Positions 1-13,697 of a stretch of 64,000 nucleotides of DNA are shown in pieces. Numbering within the stretch: position 1 is the first letter of the stretch; each line of letters begins with the position of its first letter. The stretch is from contig CM030334.1 in assembly GCA_017654855.1 (NCBI GenBank), forward strand, positions 992,001-1,056,000. Reading direction: 5' to 3'. The notes beneath the pieces are model-generated. The model worked only from the letters and a program-made list of their open reading frames with translations, made no database searches and was not told where the DNA came from. Both the position numbers and the translations under genes were made by a program. Origin of the DNA: Podospora anserina (lineage: Eukaryota).

Positions 1-1
1 C

Positions 2-397
2 GATCGCGACAATCGATTACCACCTCAGAGCCCCAACACTTCTCAAACCCCATGGTGGCGACGGCACCGCATATTGCTTGTCGTCGTAGCTTTGTTGCTT
101 CTCGCAGGGTCTGTAGGCGGTGTCGTTGCGGGTGTCCTGGCTTCAAGATCAGCGCAGGACACATCCATTGCGTCGGTGATGCCCTCAACAAGTACCATTC
201 CCCCACCCGATCAATCCTCAACAACTACCATCCAGGAAACCTTCCCGACATCTACCTCCAGCAGGAGCACAGCTGCTACAATAACAGCCGGCCCATCAAG
301 TGACGCTCCTGGTCTTAGTCCACCGAGTTTGCCGGAGCCGGCTTTACAAGTCTTTCCGATTAACGTTGGGGAGCCACCGGATACCTCACCGCTATAG
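2..397 (+). CDS. 3' part of a single-pass membrane protein with Ser/Thr-rich stalk (5' end outside window; may continue as a degenerate extracellular domain to ~1240)
   Basis: Frame open from nt 2: ...PWWRRHRILLVVVALLLLAGSVGGVVAGVL (basic residues then TM helix), followed by an S/T/P-rich segment. Confidence 0.45.
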   Translation, partial: DRDNRLPPQSPNTSQTPWWRRHRILLVVVALLLLAGSVGGVVAGVLASRSAQDTSIASVMPSTSTIPPPDQSSTTTIQETFPTSTSSRSTAATITAGPSSDAPGLSPPSLPEPALQVFPINVGEPPDTSPL

Positions 398-1261
398 TCA
401 TCACTCTTAACAAATACTGGCGCAATTTCGGCGTGGAGCATTCGTTAGGTGGAGGCGTCCAACGATACCTCAAGGGACCAAAGCATGCCGGAGGAAGTGA
501 TCGCGAGGCCCTACTTGACGTCTGGTGGGACATGGAAGATTGCTGATCTGGAAGAACACCTTTCAGTCTGTGCTACTGCCACGTTGTTCGAACGTACGCC
601 TTTCTGATTGCGAAACGATTAGCTCTTGAGGATGAAGCGATTACAGCTCGGGGCTCAGCGGCTGACAACCTGGCAACTTACCTACCTCGACGAATGGGTG
701 AAACGGGAAGTGCGGACTGAATAAAGAGAGGAAGAGCTTGAAGGGGAGGAGGTAACAATGGGAGTGGTGATCATGTTCGCCATGTGTGTATCTGCGGGTT
801 TAAAGTGACCTGAGAGTGCGGCATAATGATTCGAATTTCCTCCATTGCAGATCTGCGGATAGCGGTATCTTCTTGGGTGACTGATATGTATGTGATCGTC
901 ACTGAAGACATTTCCCGGCCGTATCGTGCCATTTCTTGCACACGATCCCACAAGAACATCATGTCAAAAGAGCCAGTCAGGTGCTTCCAAGCCCATCACA
1001 AAACCACCTCAACGTGGTAAGCTACCGGTGCGCACAGTATTACCCGTCCCCCATCATCAAGAAGTCTGAACCCGGCACCAGTATCCGACGCCATGATCTC
1101 CAACCATTCACCCCCTTGACAAAATACACTCACCCCCGGCCGTATGTCCCCTTTTCCAGCCACCTACCCATTCCGGTGATGATGCGCATAGCCTTACTCG
1201 ATGACGAAGCTAACAGTACCCCACACTACAATGCGTGACCTGACGTGCAGCATAGTAATAA

Positions 1262-2680
1262 TTACCACACGAAGCATCCCGACAAACAGGCCACACAATG
1301 CCCACCACCACCCCGTCGTCTTCCAGTTCGTAGAAGCCAGGATCGAAGAGCGTGACACCACTCGTGGAGAGGGACAATAGGGGGTGGTGCGCCTTGCCTG
1401 GTAGCTTCCAGACAGCTACTATGACTGATTATCCTCCTGTAGGTCACAGGTTAGACATCCGACGGTCTCAAAGCAGCGGTTGAGCTGTATCGTTTCTGAA
1501 TCACAGCCCCGAGAAGAAATGTCAACGGGGATGTACGAGATGTGTTTGGCTTCGCTGCTGTCGGGATCGCGTGTCTGGACTGCGTTGGTTGTTGCCGTAG
1601 TTGAGACAAGTACAGGACGGACTGCTGAAGCACACTATCGCCTTCTTCAGTGCGTCGTTGGTGGAAGCACCGGAGATGATTGAGCCAGCGGCATTCCCAA
1701 GGTCTTCTTCGAACCGTGACCGTATGGTACTTGAACAGAAGCGGCCACGGCTGTCCATCAGGAGGGCGTGATTTTGTAGTTGTAAGTGTTGGTTCCTTCG
1801 AGGATGAGCCGAGGGATGTAGGCTTCGGGAAGATCATGCCTGGTATCACTGCGATGGAGCCGGTGCTCGCATTTGATCTCGCGGTCGGTTTGAGGGTAGG
1901 GTTCCTGTTGGTGTTGAAGATGGTCTTCGATATCAGACCACTGAACACCTCGGTGTTCGCAAAGCCGCAAGACGCCCTCCCCGTCGATACAGATGCGCTC
2001 GTTCTCGGACAACCTCATCTACTCTTTCAAAAATGCTCTGATGGAATGGAGGACTCGGAAACCGGAACAGAACAGTGTATTGAGGGTGTCAACAGTGAAG
2101 TGAACTTGCGCCTGTCCCACGGCTCGTTGTTTGTGAATTTAACCTTCAAGTCCTGGGGTCTCATTTGGTCGGTTAGGCTGCTCAAGGCATTGTCTTGATA
2201 TATTGAACAGTCGTGCTGGCCAGTCGAGACAAACTTAAGATCACTGCACCGAACGCAGGACTCGCAAAGGCGGTCCTTGAGCATAAGATATCTCAACTGA
2301 TACCTATGATTCAACCAAGGTTAGCTTCCAATCCTGAAACGAGAACTACTCTAAATCGTACTGACCATCCGCTGGCAGAAGCAGGTCTCAAGCCATTATA
2401 GTAATCCCGAGGTCCTCTCAAAAACGCGGTTTTCCACCAAGGCACCAAAGAACAATGGCACAGCTGCTTTGGCGTAGACAAGACGGCGGGGACGGTCGGA
2501 AACCTGACCCAAGCATAGCCTGGTGAAGAGGTCATTGTCCAAACGGTCGACTAGCTTGACCAAGATCTCTTCGGGGACACGATACAACGGACTATTTTCA
2601 ACGTTCTATGCGGTGCACCAGAGGAACGCTTCAACGCTGGCCTTGATGTTCGGCTGTCCGTGGGCGTCTGCTTTAGGCAT
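1262..2680 (-). pseudogene. F-box-like protein pseudogene, paralog of 5188-6813
   Basis: Homologous blocks lie in different frames: NSPLYRVPEEILVKLVDRL, LRYLMLKDRLCESC, RICIDGEGVLRLCEH, DALKKAIVCFSSPSCTCLN, PIVPLHEWCHAL. There is an in-frame TAG shortly after the ATG at 2680 and at least 3 frameshifts. Confidence 0.8.
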
Positions 2681-2983
2681 CGTGTCGATTTGTCGACTGT
2701 TGTTCGAGTCCGGATATCTCGAGTTGAAGCCAAACGGGGGTGACGATGGCCATGTGAGTGCAGGTGTGGCGAGTGTGAAGGGTAAAGTCTCAGTAGTGGC
2801 ACGTGAGAAAACAAATCAAACCCCATTGCTACTGCCAGTGTCAAAGTCGCTGTTTACTTGTCCCCTCAGCAGCACCCCCCAAAGACCACGAAAGAATGCT
2901 ATGAACTGAAGGTCGATTGCCGCCAAGTCTCACACGTTCAAAGTAGCATTTGGAATAACAGCCATGATGCATGGATATTTATA

Positions 2984-4840
2984 ACGTACATTATAAGCGA
3001 GTGAAACAGATAAGCGAGTGAAACACTTTCCACCGCGTCGCGTATCCTCCACCCTCAACCTTGAATTCTTCTACAACGAACCATGGCTTTACCTTCCTAC
3101 GAGGCCAGAATTAATCTTGCACTTGAAGCTCTCCAAAATGACCATACTCTTGGTCTTCGGGCTGCAGCGAAGATCTATAGCGTTAGCCCCGCGACACTTA
3201 TGCGACGACGCGACGGCAGGCCTGCACGACGCGATACTACGCCCAATTCGAGAAAGCTTACGCAATTAGAAGAGGATACTATTGTTCAATACGTTATTGA
3301 GCTATGTGCGCGAGCTTTTCCACCAAGATTGCGTAGTGTGGAAGATATGGCCAACCAACTGCTACGCGCCCGCGACGCGCCCTCTGTTAGCAAGCTCTGG
3401 GCACACAACTTCGTTAAACGCTAGCCATAGCTCCGTACGCGTTTTACGCGTAGATACGACTACTAGAGGGTTAAATGCGAGGATCTAAAGGTCATTACCG
3501 AGTAGTTTACGCTTATACGGAATACTAAAGTTAAGTATAGTATTATAAATAATAATATTTATAACTTCGACGAAACTAGGTTTATAATAAGTATTATTTT
3601 CGTAGGTATAGTAGTTACGACCTCGGACGCCTTAGTAAAATAAAACTGGCCTAGCTTAATAACCGCGAATAAGTAACGGTAATTTAGGGAGTTAATACCT
3701 TCGGTTAAACTATTTTTTATTTATTTTAACCGTATAGTATTATTTTATTAATTAATATATTAAATATAACTTACCGTTTATTTAATATATTATAATTATT
3801 AATAATAATTAAATTAATAATATAATAAGTTTAGATTAAATTGAGTACTTCGATTATTATATAGCGTTCCGTATAAAAAGTAAATACCGGTTATTAATCC
3901 TCGACGGTTATAAAAATTATTATTTAATTAAATTCGAACGTTATTATTAATAAAATAATATTATTACGCTCTATATACCTTTATACTCCTCTTACCTCCT
4001 CTAGCTACTCGATATTAATTACTTTAGGCCGTTAAAATAAACGTACGGTCGTTAGATCGAGGACTTAATATATATATATATTAACTATATAAGTAAGCTC
4101 GAATTTTTCTATACTTTCCGCAAAGCCTTCTTCGCCTCTATAATAGAGAAAAATATATAGGGTAGTTTTATAGGTATTAGCCTTATACTATACGATTTAA
4201 AGAAGGTACTTTCTAAATTAAATATAAAGCTTCGTACGCTAATACCCCCGACCTTACGGCCCGGTACTATATAACCTTAGGTCTCCTAGACACTATATAA
4301 CCCTCGAGAAGCTAATTTACAGTTAACGCTTATTAAAACTCGTATTACTAACTATTAAAATAACTCCCCGACTTCAATACTAGCTACGGTAGACCAGCTT
4401 ACTAAGGGTATAACGGCTATAATACACCAGGTGGCTCTCCTTCGTGCAGAGGTCTCTTCGCTCCGTAAGGCCAATAAGGCACTAAGCAAGCGCCGGAGAG
4501 CCAAAAAAACACGTGTGAGGCTTGGAGGGTAACTTACTGTACAAGAGGCACAGGATCTACTGGATCAGAAGGCCGTGGGCGAGCAAGTAATCCAGGAAAA
4601 TCGACAAAGTGGTGGTGGTACAGGGGGGTCTCGTACGAAGACTCAGTGCTGTGGTGTATGCGGCAAGCCTGGCCATAATGCGCGCACTTGCCAGGAGGCT
4701 GCAGATGCCTCAGACTCAGCTGTTTCTGATGTTATTATAGTTGGTTCTTAATATTGTTGTATAGCAATCGAGGTTAGTTGTGGTAGACTGGTAGAAAGTG
4801 TTTCACTCGCTTATCTGTTTCACTCGCTTATAATGTACGT
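2984..4840 (+). mobile_element. Fot1/pogo-family (Tc1/mariner superfamily) DNA transposon, full length (1857 bp), RIP-inactivated
   Basis: 51-bp TIRs (2984-3034 and 4790-4840, 1 mismatch) with an internal TAAGCGAGTGAAACA direct repeat; TA target duplication at 2982-2983 and 4841-4842. Confidence 0.97.
3083..4751 (+). pseudogene. pogo/Fot1 DDE transposase, RIP-destroyed
   Basis: N-terminal HTH (RAAAKIYSVSPATLMRR; LTQLEEDTIVQYVIEL), remnant YNFDET motif near 3560, C-terminal zinc knuckle CGVCGKPGHNARTC. The centre is TpA-rich with many stops. Confidence 0.92.
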
Positions 4841-5187
4841 TAGTCGCTAATTTCTCTTGATAAACTGGGTGAAAAGCGTCAATATAACGACCGGCAAGGG
4901 GTGCCGTTCATGTTCTCTCATCAAGACCCAGCTACTGAGACCCTCGAAGTTGGTCAACGGGTACTGAACGATAGGCACCTACCTACCCAGTCAGTCGCCA
5001 TGCAGAGATACTTCACATTTAAATTAAACACAATCGATATTCGCTATAATACAGCCAGGAGCCATCACTGACAACCATGGTGGAGGTCATCTCGCTGTTT
5101 GGAACGGACCACGTTGATATCCACCTTCTTGATATCCTCTTAACCCCTTCCCGTCATCTACCTGTAACATGTCGACACATCCCTCCA

Positions 5188-6813
5188 TCAATAGCGCCAA
5201 TCACGGGGGGCACTAGAAGGTCTTCTGTCACCACAGTGTGTCGTCTGATATCTTGCATAATGATTCCCGCAGGAGATATCGCGGCACACAGGCCACACGT
5301 TCCCGACAGTCGTGGTGTTGTCGTTGAGCTCGTAGGAAGTCGGGTCCAGGGCATGTAGCCACTCGTGGGGGGGAATTATTGGGTCCAAGTGCGCCAAACC
5401 GGCCAGATATGGCAATTCCGGCTTGGCGCCTAGCCTACCACCGATCTTTCGGCTGTATCTTATGGTGAGGCATGGCCGCTTCGTTTGGCCCTTATCGGAC
5501 CAGGGAAAGTATCCGAGACACCGATCGATTTCAATGCGCTTAGCAAGCATCCCGTGGGCAAAACTGTCGTACTCAAGGACTGATGCATGTTTCTTGCCGG
5601 CTTGGGAGGGCGGGCAATCCTCAAAGAGACATTGAAAATAGCCCTCTGAATCTTTTGGTGGTTGTTGAACCCCGGTATGATTAAGACAGGTGCACGAAGA
5701 CGCTGGAAAGCATGACATCGCTCTTTTGAGCGCGTCGCCGTTTCGTGTGCCGGTAAAGATGGTGCCAGCCACGCCCCTGAAGTCGACTTCGAACATCGCT
5801 CGGACCTCATCCTTATCCAACTGACCATTTGTATCAAGTGTCAGGGTGTGGTGGATGGTCCAAGACCAATCGATATCATATTGCATGTTCGAGTTCCCCG
5901 ACACCGTGAGACGTGGCCTAAAACCGTATTTCGGTGCATGTTTGTTGCCTGTGCTACGTCTCTCGTGCTCGCACATCAGTTGACATGTTATTGGGACTAG
6001 TTGACTGCGATTGTCCGGATTATGCTGTCGAAGAAAGTGGGCTTCAATGTCGGACCACTTGATATGCTGGTGCTCGCATAGCCGGAGGACTCCTTCCCGG
6101 CCGATGCAAATACGGCTTCCGTCGCTCTTCTCTGTCTGTGCCTTGGAGAAGGCTCGAACCGAATGCTGTGTGGCACAGCCTGAGCAATGCAAGCGATTTG
6201 ATTCATTGGGGCAGGCGAACTTGCATCCATTCCAGGTCTTGTTTGTAGTTTGGATGACCTCGAGGGGCGCACTGGGGGTATTGATTCTGGGTGTCGAGAC
6301 GGGCAAGACGTCCACACGCGGCGAGGGGTCCGGCCTGCTGGTGCCTGGGTAGCCAGTGGAAGCAAGCACCAGGTCGCTGTGTTGGATACAGTCTCTACAG
6401 AGTCGATCCATGCGCAGAAGGTACCTAAGTCGGTCCCTACCCGTCCTCGTTAGCCGCCAATCCATATCTGTGTTAAAACAAATCTTGCAGACGACTTACC
6501 AATCTCTGTCTGCGTGGCGTGTCAGGTGCCAATAAGCTTCCATGAGGTGACCTTGGAGCCGCTCATTCTAACTGCGCCCAAGAAGAATCTGGTACGTAGA
6601 GAACGGTATTTTTGAATAAACAATCCGTCTAAGGCTCTTCGAGACTTGGCCAAGAATGAGGCGGGTGACCGGATCGCCGTCGAGACACTCGAGAATCATT
6701 ATAAGCAGCTTGTCTGGGATGCGATACAGCCAGCCGTTCTTCATATTTTCGGCTGCAGCCGAAGCGAAATCACCATGCGTCAACGGAGCACTCCCAATAG
6801 CCGTCAGAGTCAT
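5188..6813 (-). CDS. F-box-like domain protein with Cys-rich C-terminal region (probable intron 6572-6468)
   Basis: N-terminal WLYRIPDKLLIMILECL (F-box-like). Intron GTTAGA...TTAAC...CAG removes two in-frame stops and joins to the 425-aa ORF. The paralog at 1262-2680 supports coding status. Confidence 0.7.
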
Positions 6814-7242
6814 CTCGAAGATATTTCTCCGCCTGGCGCGCGTGACCTCTTTGAAAGGTGTCTGTCCGAGGTCCTTTGGGAAGGCGATCAATCGATATTG
6901 AAAGGTATGATTCAAGTAGCTGGTGAATAACGGCAAAGGGTGTAATTTACATGCAAAATCAAGTACGAGAGAATACCATGGAAAGGCTGTTGGTTGCGGG
7001 TGCGAGGAGACGGACAAAGTGGAGGAGAGAAAAGTGTTCCAAGAGCAGTTTCCATAGTAGGTGACATGGATGTCAACAACAAGCCATGGGGCAAGAGCTC
7101 GCCGGGCAATGATTGAGGGATGCTGTCACCGGGCGGATGCCGTCATATGTGGATCCAGTCCATCAGCCTTATTAGTGAACCATGGCGCGGCTGCATCTTG
7201 GCATTCCACATCGGTCACAAGGCTGACCAGAAGCAACACAAC

Positions 7243-7943
7243 CTAAAGCTGCATCTGCTCAACAGCAGCAGCAAGATCGTTGCCAGTGCGGCGTGCCTGC
7301 CTCCGTCTTTTCATCTCGGCCTGAAGCTCCTTCCACGCCGCGACGCAGCGAGCGTGCTTTTGTCTCTTAATCTCCGCCTCATTGCCGGCTGACGTTTCAT
7401 TACCTGCAGAAGCTGAAGGGCAAGCTTCGCCGGCATTCTCCCCGCTTTCCTCATGGTCCCAACGTGTGGGAAAGTTGGGCAGGGAGATGCTAGAGGGCAG
7501 GGTACTACTGGGCAAGGCTACGACAAGAGATTAGTTGTAATCACAAAATAAACAAGATAATGGAGGTGAATACCATTGCCGGGAGTCGCATTGCCCATGG
7601 CGGCTCGATGGGTCAGCTTGCGCTGCCTTCTGTGATGAGGTTTCCACGGCTTTTGGCGGGCAGGGGATGGCATGGCTGTCGATGGCAAGCCTTGGGACTG
7701 CGACACGGAACTTTCGGTTGAGGGGAGGGTCGGAAACCGACAGACGCGCTCGGAGCCTGTATCGAGCGCGGCCTCTTCATCCTCTGACAGTACATTGGGG
7801 TGCTGGCCTGGTTCTCGCAAGTGTTTTGGATCGTCGTCCAGATCCATTGCGGCGAGACTGTCGTCGAACGCCATCATACTCGCGAGTTGCGCTTCATTTT
7901 TCCGCTGCCTTTCGCCGACTTGCTGCGAGTGAAAAGGTTCCAT
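7243..7943 (-). CDS. hypothetical low-complexity protein, one intron (~7573-7518)
   Basis: ORFs 7518-7988 and 7243-7515 join in frame through a GTATTC...CTAAT...TAG intron; ATG at 7943. Confidence 0.45.
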
Positions 7944-8890
7944 TGGGGTCGCAAACTCAAGGCTTTGTCGGACAGATGCGGTAGGCAATGAAAAATGGGT
8001 TGAGGCTGCGTTTCAGGCCAGATGTGATGAAGCTGTTGAGTGGAAGAAAGGCGATGTAGGGGAAAGGCGAGGTCGCGTTGGAAGTCAAGGGAATGTGAGA
8101 ATACTAGGTCGGCTGATCAAAGTTTGATGTAGCTGATGATGGGCCGGCAACCTACATCCCTCTGTGCAAGACCCAAAGAATGGGATGACTCGTTTGCCCA
8201 TTTATCTGCGCCGTTGAAAGTCTATAGAGAGACGTCTTCCAAAAATGCCCCAACATCAACATCATCACCCACGGGCTGCCTACTCCGACGAACAAATGGT
8301 GAACTCCCCTGGCGAGCCACAAACACCGACAAAGCGCCACCCATCGTTCAAATCCCCAGTACCCACTAGTCCGCATCATCCCACTGCTTCAAACTCTTCC
8401 TTCGACGCATCAGGCGAATTCAGGTACTCCCCATTCTCGGCATGTGTAACTGGAACGACTATTCGCTGTTTTTTCTAACTGTAGGTGCATATCTGAGGGT
8501 GCTTTCTTACCATTCCTGGCTAGAACATGCTGCGCGGTGGGGCACAACAACGACTTTTGGTGGGTGTTCAGAGACGGCTTGGCAATACGATGGGTCAGTG
8601 AAACAGTGGTGGCTGCTTCGCTCTGGCTCTGTGCATTGTGGTCGACGTTCTGCTGGCGCTCATGACAGTCCATGGTTTCTTTTGAATGACTCTGAGAGGG
8701 TTGGAGTTGTGAAGAGAGCTGGATGCAGGGATACATTTTCACCAGATCAAGGCTGTGGCCTAACGATCAATAATGCCCGCCATTGTATTGTCATGACCCT
8801 GCCGGCCAATAGGTATCCATCGCAGTGGCGGTCACCTATATCGATTTTGCACTTCCAGATGTATGAGCTATGGGGAAAGACGGTCAGGTC

Positions 8891-9352
8891 TCACAAAAGC
8901 CCATGCAACCACCGACCATTCCGAGCCCGTCCATCCTTCCCTCGGTACTCTCCATCTAATTCCATGTTTCCCATGATTAGATATTCATTCCCTTGATCTT
9001 GAATCTCTGCCGTCGGCTTGCGCGCCTGAGCCTCGGCCTCCCGAGCCTTCCTTCGTTTCAAAATCTCTTCATTGATATTCTTCGCGCTCTCGTTGCGCCG
9101 AGCCTGCCTCATGCGATTAATTCTTGCGTCTAATTAATCCCAAGGATCCCGACCTGCCTCTCGGTAGGCTGGCACCTCGGGAGCTAGAGAACGATGTGTT
9201 GTTAGCTTTTTTTCTCAACTCTAATTCTGGGACAAGGGCTTGATGGGACGGGGAGCTGGTAAACAAGGTGAGCGAGTCTAGGTGCTTACCATCGTGGACT
9301 GGAACAACAGCAGAAGCAGCGTGATACCGCTGCTTATGCTTTCTTTTGCCAT
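8891..9352 (-). pseudogene. spliced orphan gene relic with premature TAA
   Basis: GTAAGC...GCTAAC...TAG intron (~9290-9185). The spliced frame reads ...RDPWD*LDARINRMRQARRNE (charged, coiled-coil like). Confidence 0.3.
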
Positions 9353-10246
9353 CGACCCTCGCCTGCAGGTCTTGTGTAGTCCTGGTTGATGCGTTCCGTC
9401 TACCACGCCGATATCGGTTGGTTCACTTGCTGCGTTGCTCCAGATGGACCATCATCTTCCGGTCGATTCCAAGATCACCAGGTACTTCGTGACCTGGTCT
9501 TTGTTTGGGACACACATTCATGGGAAATTCAAGGTTATCGGAAGGCAGATAGAGCTATGCAGAAGGTCAAAGAAAACGCACCGAGCAGGCAAAAGGCACC
9601 TAAGCTATCCAGGCAGCATGAATGCAAAACAAGTTGTGGATTGATATATAAATGAACAAAAGACATCAATAACAACGCAACGCAATCCGTCATCTCGACG
9701 TGGTACTTGTCTGGTCCAACCAGGCCTACTCCTCCATGAATTCCACCCTTTCACACCTCCTCTCAAGTATCGAAATGATTCCCCCATCCCTTCACCCCCC
9801 ACCTCGAACAAGATTCAGCTCCTCCATCCCAGAGACGACCCCCCAAACTTCATCCTCTCTGACGTTCATCTCTCCACATGCAACCAAAGCGCCCGTGACT
9901 CGATTGGCCGCCTTCTTACTCCGGGTCTGGATCTTCTTCGCTCGTCGTGGTCGAAACTTGAACAAGCAGCGGTGACGTAACACTCTCTTGGAGACTAGAG
10001 GCGAGGGTTGGGCTGTTAGCTTCAATATCAACTGAATCTCTACCCAACTGAGCTCTTGAAAGCTCAAGCACACGAGGCTGGAAGTAGACAGTAGACAGAA
10101 GAACAAACCTCTGAACACCGCTCGGCGTGAACTTTTAGTCTTGGTTGTCTTCATGGCTTCCTCCCTCATACCAGTGGCCTCTTCGCTTAGTTTGCTCGAT
10201 CCTCTGCCCCTGATGATGTCAAGGTTGGAGCTGACGAGATGGAAAT

Positions 10247-10375
10247 AAAATGGCTCCAAAAATGGCTCCAAAAATGGCTCCAAAAATGGATCCAAAGATG
10301 GATGTAAAAATAGGTCCAAAATGGGTGTAGAAATCGCTGTAGAGATGGATCCAAGAATGGATGTAAGAATCGTTT
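10247..10375. repeat. 12-bp tandem repeat (AAAATGGCTCCA) decaying into degenerate copies
   Basis: Three perfect units followed by several diverged units (AAAATGGATCCA, AAGATGGATGTA, ...). Confidence 0.8.
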
Positions 10376-10802
10376 CGAGATGGAAGAATATTCCGGCGGT
10401 TTGGTATTGGGTGAGAAGATGAAGAGTGGACGTAAAATTTCTGGGATGCAGAGATTTTAAGACGTCGAACCTTCTCAGGGCGCCCCACGTGCAGGCTGCT
10501 GGCTGTACCTCGTCCGCTCCTTCTTGTTTTACAAATCTTGTTTAAGGTATGGAAGGCAAGCGCAGTTTGTAGCTCTGCTAGTTCAGGAAAATGCAGTTAA
10601 GAGAGTACGTAGTTCAAACCCATCCTTGATTCGACACCAGACCCCCGTCACTTGCCCATCATTGACTTGACAACTCAATCACTCTCGCCACAGACATCCA
10701 AACTATTGAGTCTCTCCCACCTGATATTATGCTCCCTTTTCCCTCACATAATTTCCAAGCTGCAAATCCCTTCCTCCATTGCCTGCCGTGCCAATCCTCC
10801 TC

Positions 10803-11356
10803 TCAGTCTTTAAAATAAGGCCACTCACTCCTCTTGAGCATACGCTCTACCATCGCCTTTTCAGCAGCGCGCTCCATCTCCGCCATCTCGCGTATCTTCT
10901 TGAGATATGACGGGAAATGAGCATGTACAGGAACTATAGAAATCTCTCATGTTAGCAATGCCAGAACGATGGCCAGATGTGAATGGACCGGCTGCTGGTA
11001 GGGGATTACACACCTCTGCGGGGAAGCGGTCCGCGTCTCACAAACCCATCACCGAACTTGTCAGGTATCCAGATGTCCACCCCGGTGGTGGACGTGGTGG
11101 TCTCGTCCCCAGCTTCCTCGTCGTACTGGTCCTTTTGGGTTTGTGTCCCTGCCTCGACTTGGACGTTCAAGGGCCCCGTCACGCTGCTTTCTTTGGCCGT
11201 GGAAGGAAGTCGTTCTGGCCTCCGTGGTAGACCGCTGGCAGGAGGATTTCTGGTTGGTTTCGTGCCTGTCCATCTTGTCAAGTGGTTGGTACGTGGGAGC
11301 CGTCGTTGGCTGTACTGCACCTTGACTGACTGACGATCCCTTCGGTTGTTTGCCAT
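10803..11356 (-). CDS. hypothetical orphan protein, probably spliced
   Basis: ORF 11006-11356, then a GT...GCTAAC...AG intron-like segment and a downstream helical exon (YLKKIREMAEMERAAEKAM). Confidence 0.3.
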
Positions 11357-13697
11357 GCAGTGGTTGATGACAACTAGTTTGAGAAGTAAAGGAAAAAGGA
11401 GGATGAAAGAAAAGAAGGCGGGAAATTAGCTGGCCTGGCCTGGCATCAGGGTGATAAATTCACTTGCTGCTGGAGAACAAGCACCACCAGGTACCGCATT
11501 CTTCAAGCAGTGATCGGGTTGCTCTTGGTATATATGTCTTATTTAATACTGCCATTCACTCATGTCAGCGGGAGATCTCCGATCCGGGCTAGCAGCCACT
11601 GCTTGACACCTCACTCAACACAGAATCAGTGAATGAAAGTGGGTGAGGCGGGAAGAAGGAGGATATGAAGATGGTGGACCATCCCACCTGGTAACTCACG
11701 TTGCTGCTCAGGTCTTAATATATATATATATATAGGTAAGTAGTGACCAAAAGATGGAATCAATGCACCAATTTGTAAAGCGAGCTTCAATGTATACTTC
11801 AAGTAAACTGACAGTCGACGCTGGACCCTCAGTGATGACAGTGAACCGCGGAAACTGAGCTATGGACATGAGTAGAAGCATCGTTATGTATGGATGAAGT
11901 TTTTATTCTGGTATATAGAAGGCTTTCACCGATCATCAGAACCCCATCCTTTCCATTGCAGAGCTCAACTCCCTCTCAGTCTTGGCCTTTTCTCGGCGTC
12001 TTTGGATCATCCTTTGGTAGACCTGACGGATGGCGGCCTGGTGATGTTCCTCGGTAAGTTAGTTTTTGTAGCGCCGTCGTCGGTCTATGCGAGCGTTGAG
12101 AGCAAGCGAGGACGTCGAGAAAGTGTCGGGACCTATTGGAAGCGCCTCGTGTTAGTTCCCAAATCATTGAAAGGCTTCCAGTGTCAATTGGGGAGGCTAA
12201 TATATCAAGGATTAACGGCTTTGAGCTTTCCATGTTGGGAACCCTTACCAGACAACGGTCGGCGCTCTTGCAGGTAAGCATGGGACCTAGTGACAGGCCC
12301 CTCTGATGCCATGCGTGTCTCCGCGGTTGTATTGCTTTGCTGTCCGTGGAGGCCCATGGTCTCTCCGAGCACCATGAACTCATTTCCCGGAGTCTGGGGC
12401 ATGCTGGTAATGCTGCTGTCGGAGCTTGATCTCATGATACCAGGCGAAAGCAGGACTGAAGCTGACTGGCAGAACCCGCGCCAGTCGGAATGGCGGAAGG
12501 CTGCTGCGACGGCGATGTAGTGGTGACAGATCGCTCTTGGAGGGAATTCAGGTGTGTAAATGAGAGATTTATCTTCGCTGTCGAGACAGTGGCTGAGTCC
12601 GTGTCGGTTTCTTGCTCAAGGTGGGACCACAGCCGTGAAGCTGAGGGAGGCGGGCGAGATGATTGGTTTTGTAGTATGTTGGGAGGGCGGCGTCAAGCTG
12701 GAAAAACAGGCACTTTCAATCCGTTTCAATCTTTCTGGACCAAAGGCCAACGCAAAGAGCCCACCATCTATTCACATGCTCCTCGAGCACCGTCACTGCC
12801 CCTCATCGTCGAGATGATCTCGTGGTTGAAAAGAGCATCAATGTTCACCAGACCCGCCAGAAGCAACCGTGCCTAACTCACCGAATGACTCGGAGCATAC
12901 GTCTCGCAAGATCCTGTCGTTGGTTTCAATCCCTGTGAATGCTGATTCCAGTCCAGGACAACGCGGAAAGGAGACAAAGACCCCGATCGATCTCGACTCC
13001 CTCCCAAAGCCAGCATTGTCATTGAAGCGTACAGGGAGACGCAGGAGATTGAATTTTGACCTTTACCCAAACTGCGACCTCAAATTAACGCTCAAACCAA
13101 TATGTACTCAATTCCAAAGAGTTCAATCGAACAATCACTGCCCAAAAGGATATGAAATGAGTGCCAAGAGTGAAGTAATAGTCAACTGAAGACCCTAAAT
13201 TGTGGCAGCAGCGGAGCCCAGCTATGAACATGGGTAAAAGCGTCGGTCTATAGGTACTATTCTTGTTGACACAAGGGTTTCCAACTTACGACGTGGGGAC
13301 GGAGGCGGCCGAGACAACAACGCAGAAGAAAAACAAAGAATCTGATGGTGGCCGATAACAAGGAGAATTGACTAGGCCAGCAGGACAACAAACTTTGCTG
13401 TGAAGCCGGCTTGGGTCTGAGAAGTCGATGACGATATGTATAAGAATATTGTCATTTCTGGTAGGGGTCGCTGTGGTTGTCATACCCTTCGATTCCAAAC
13501 TGGACTTTCTTCGTGATGGGCGTCCCTGATCCAAATTTGACGGCTGGGGCCATTGTTGCGCTCTTATCATCGACTGAAATGGCCCTGTTCGGTCCGCTTG
13601 TGAGGTGTTGTAATACGTCTGTGGAAATAGACGGGCTCAAGTTTCTTCAAGGATAAGGAACTCATCAACGCTGACGTCGTAATGTTAATAGACAAAA

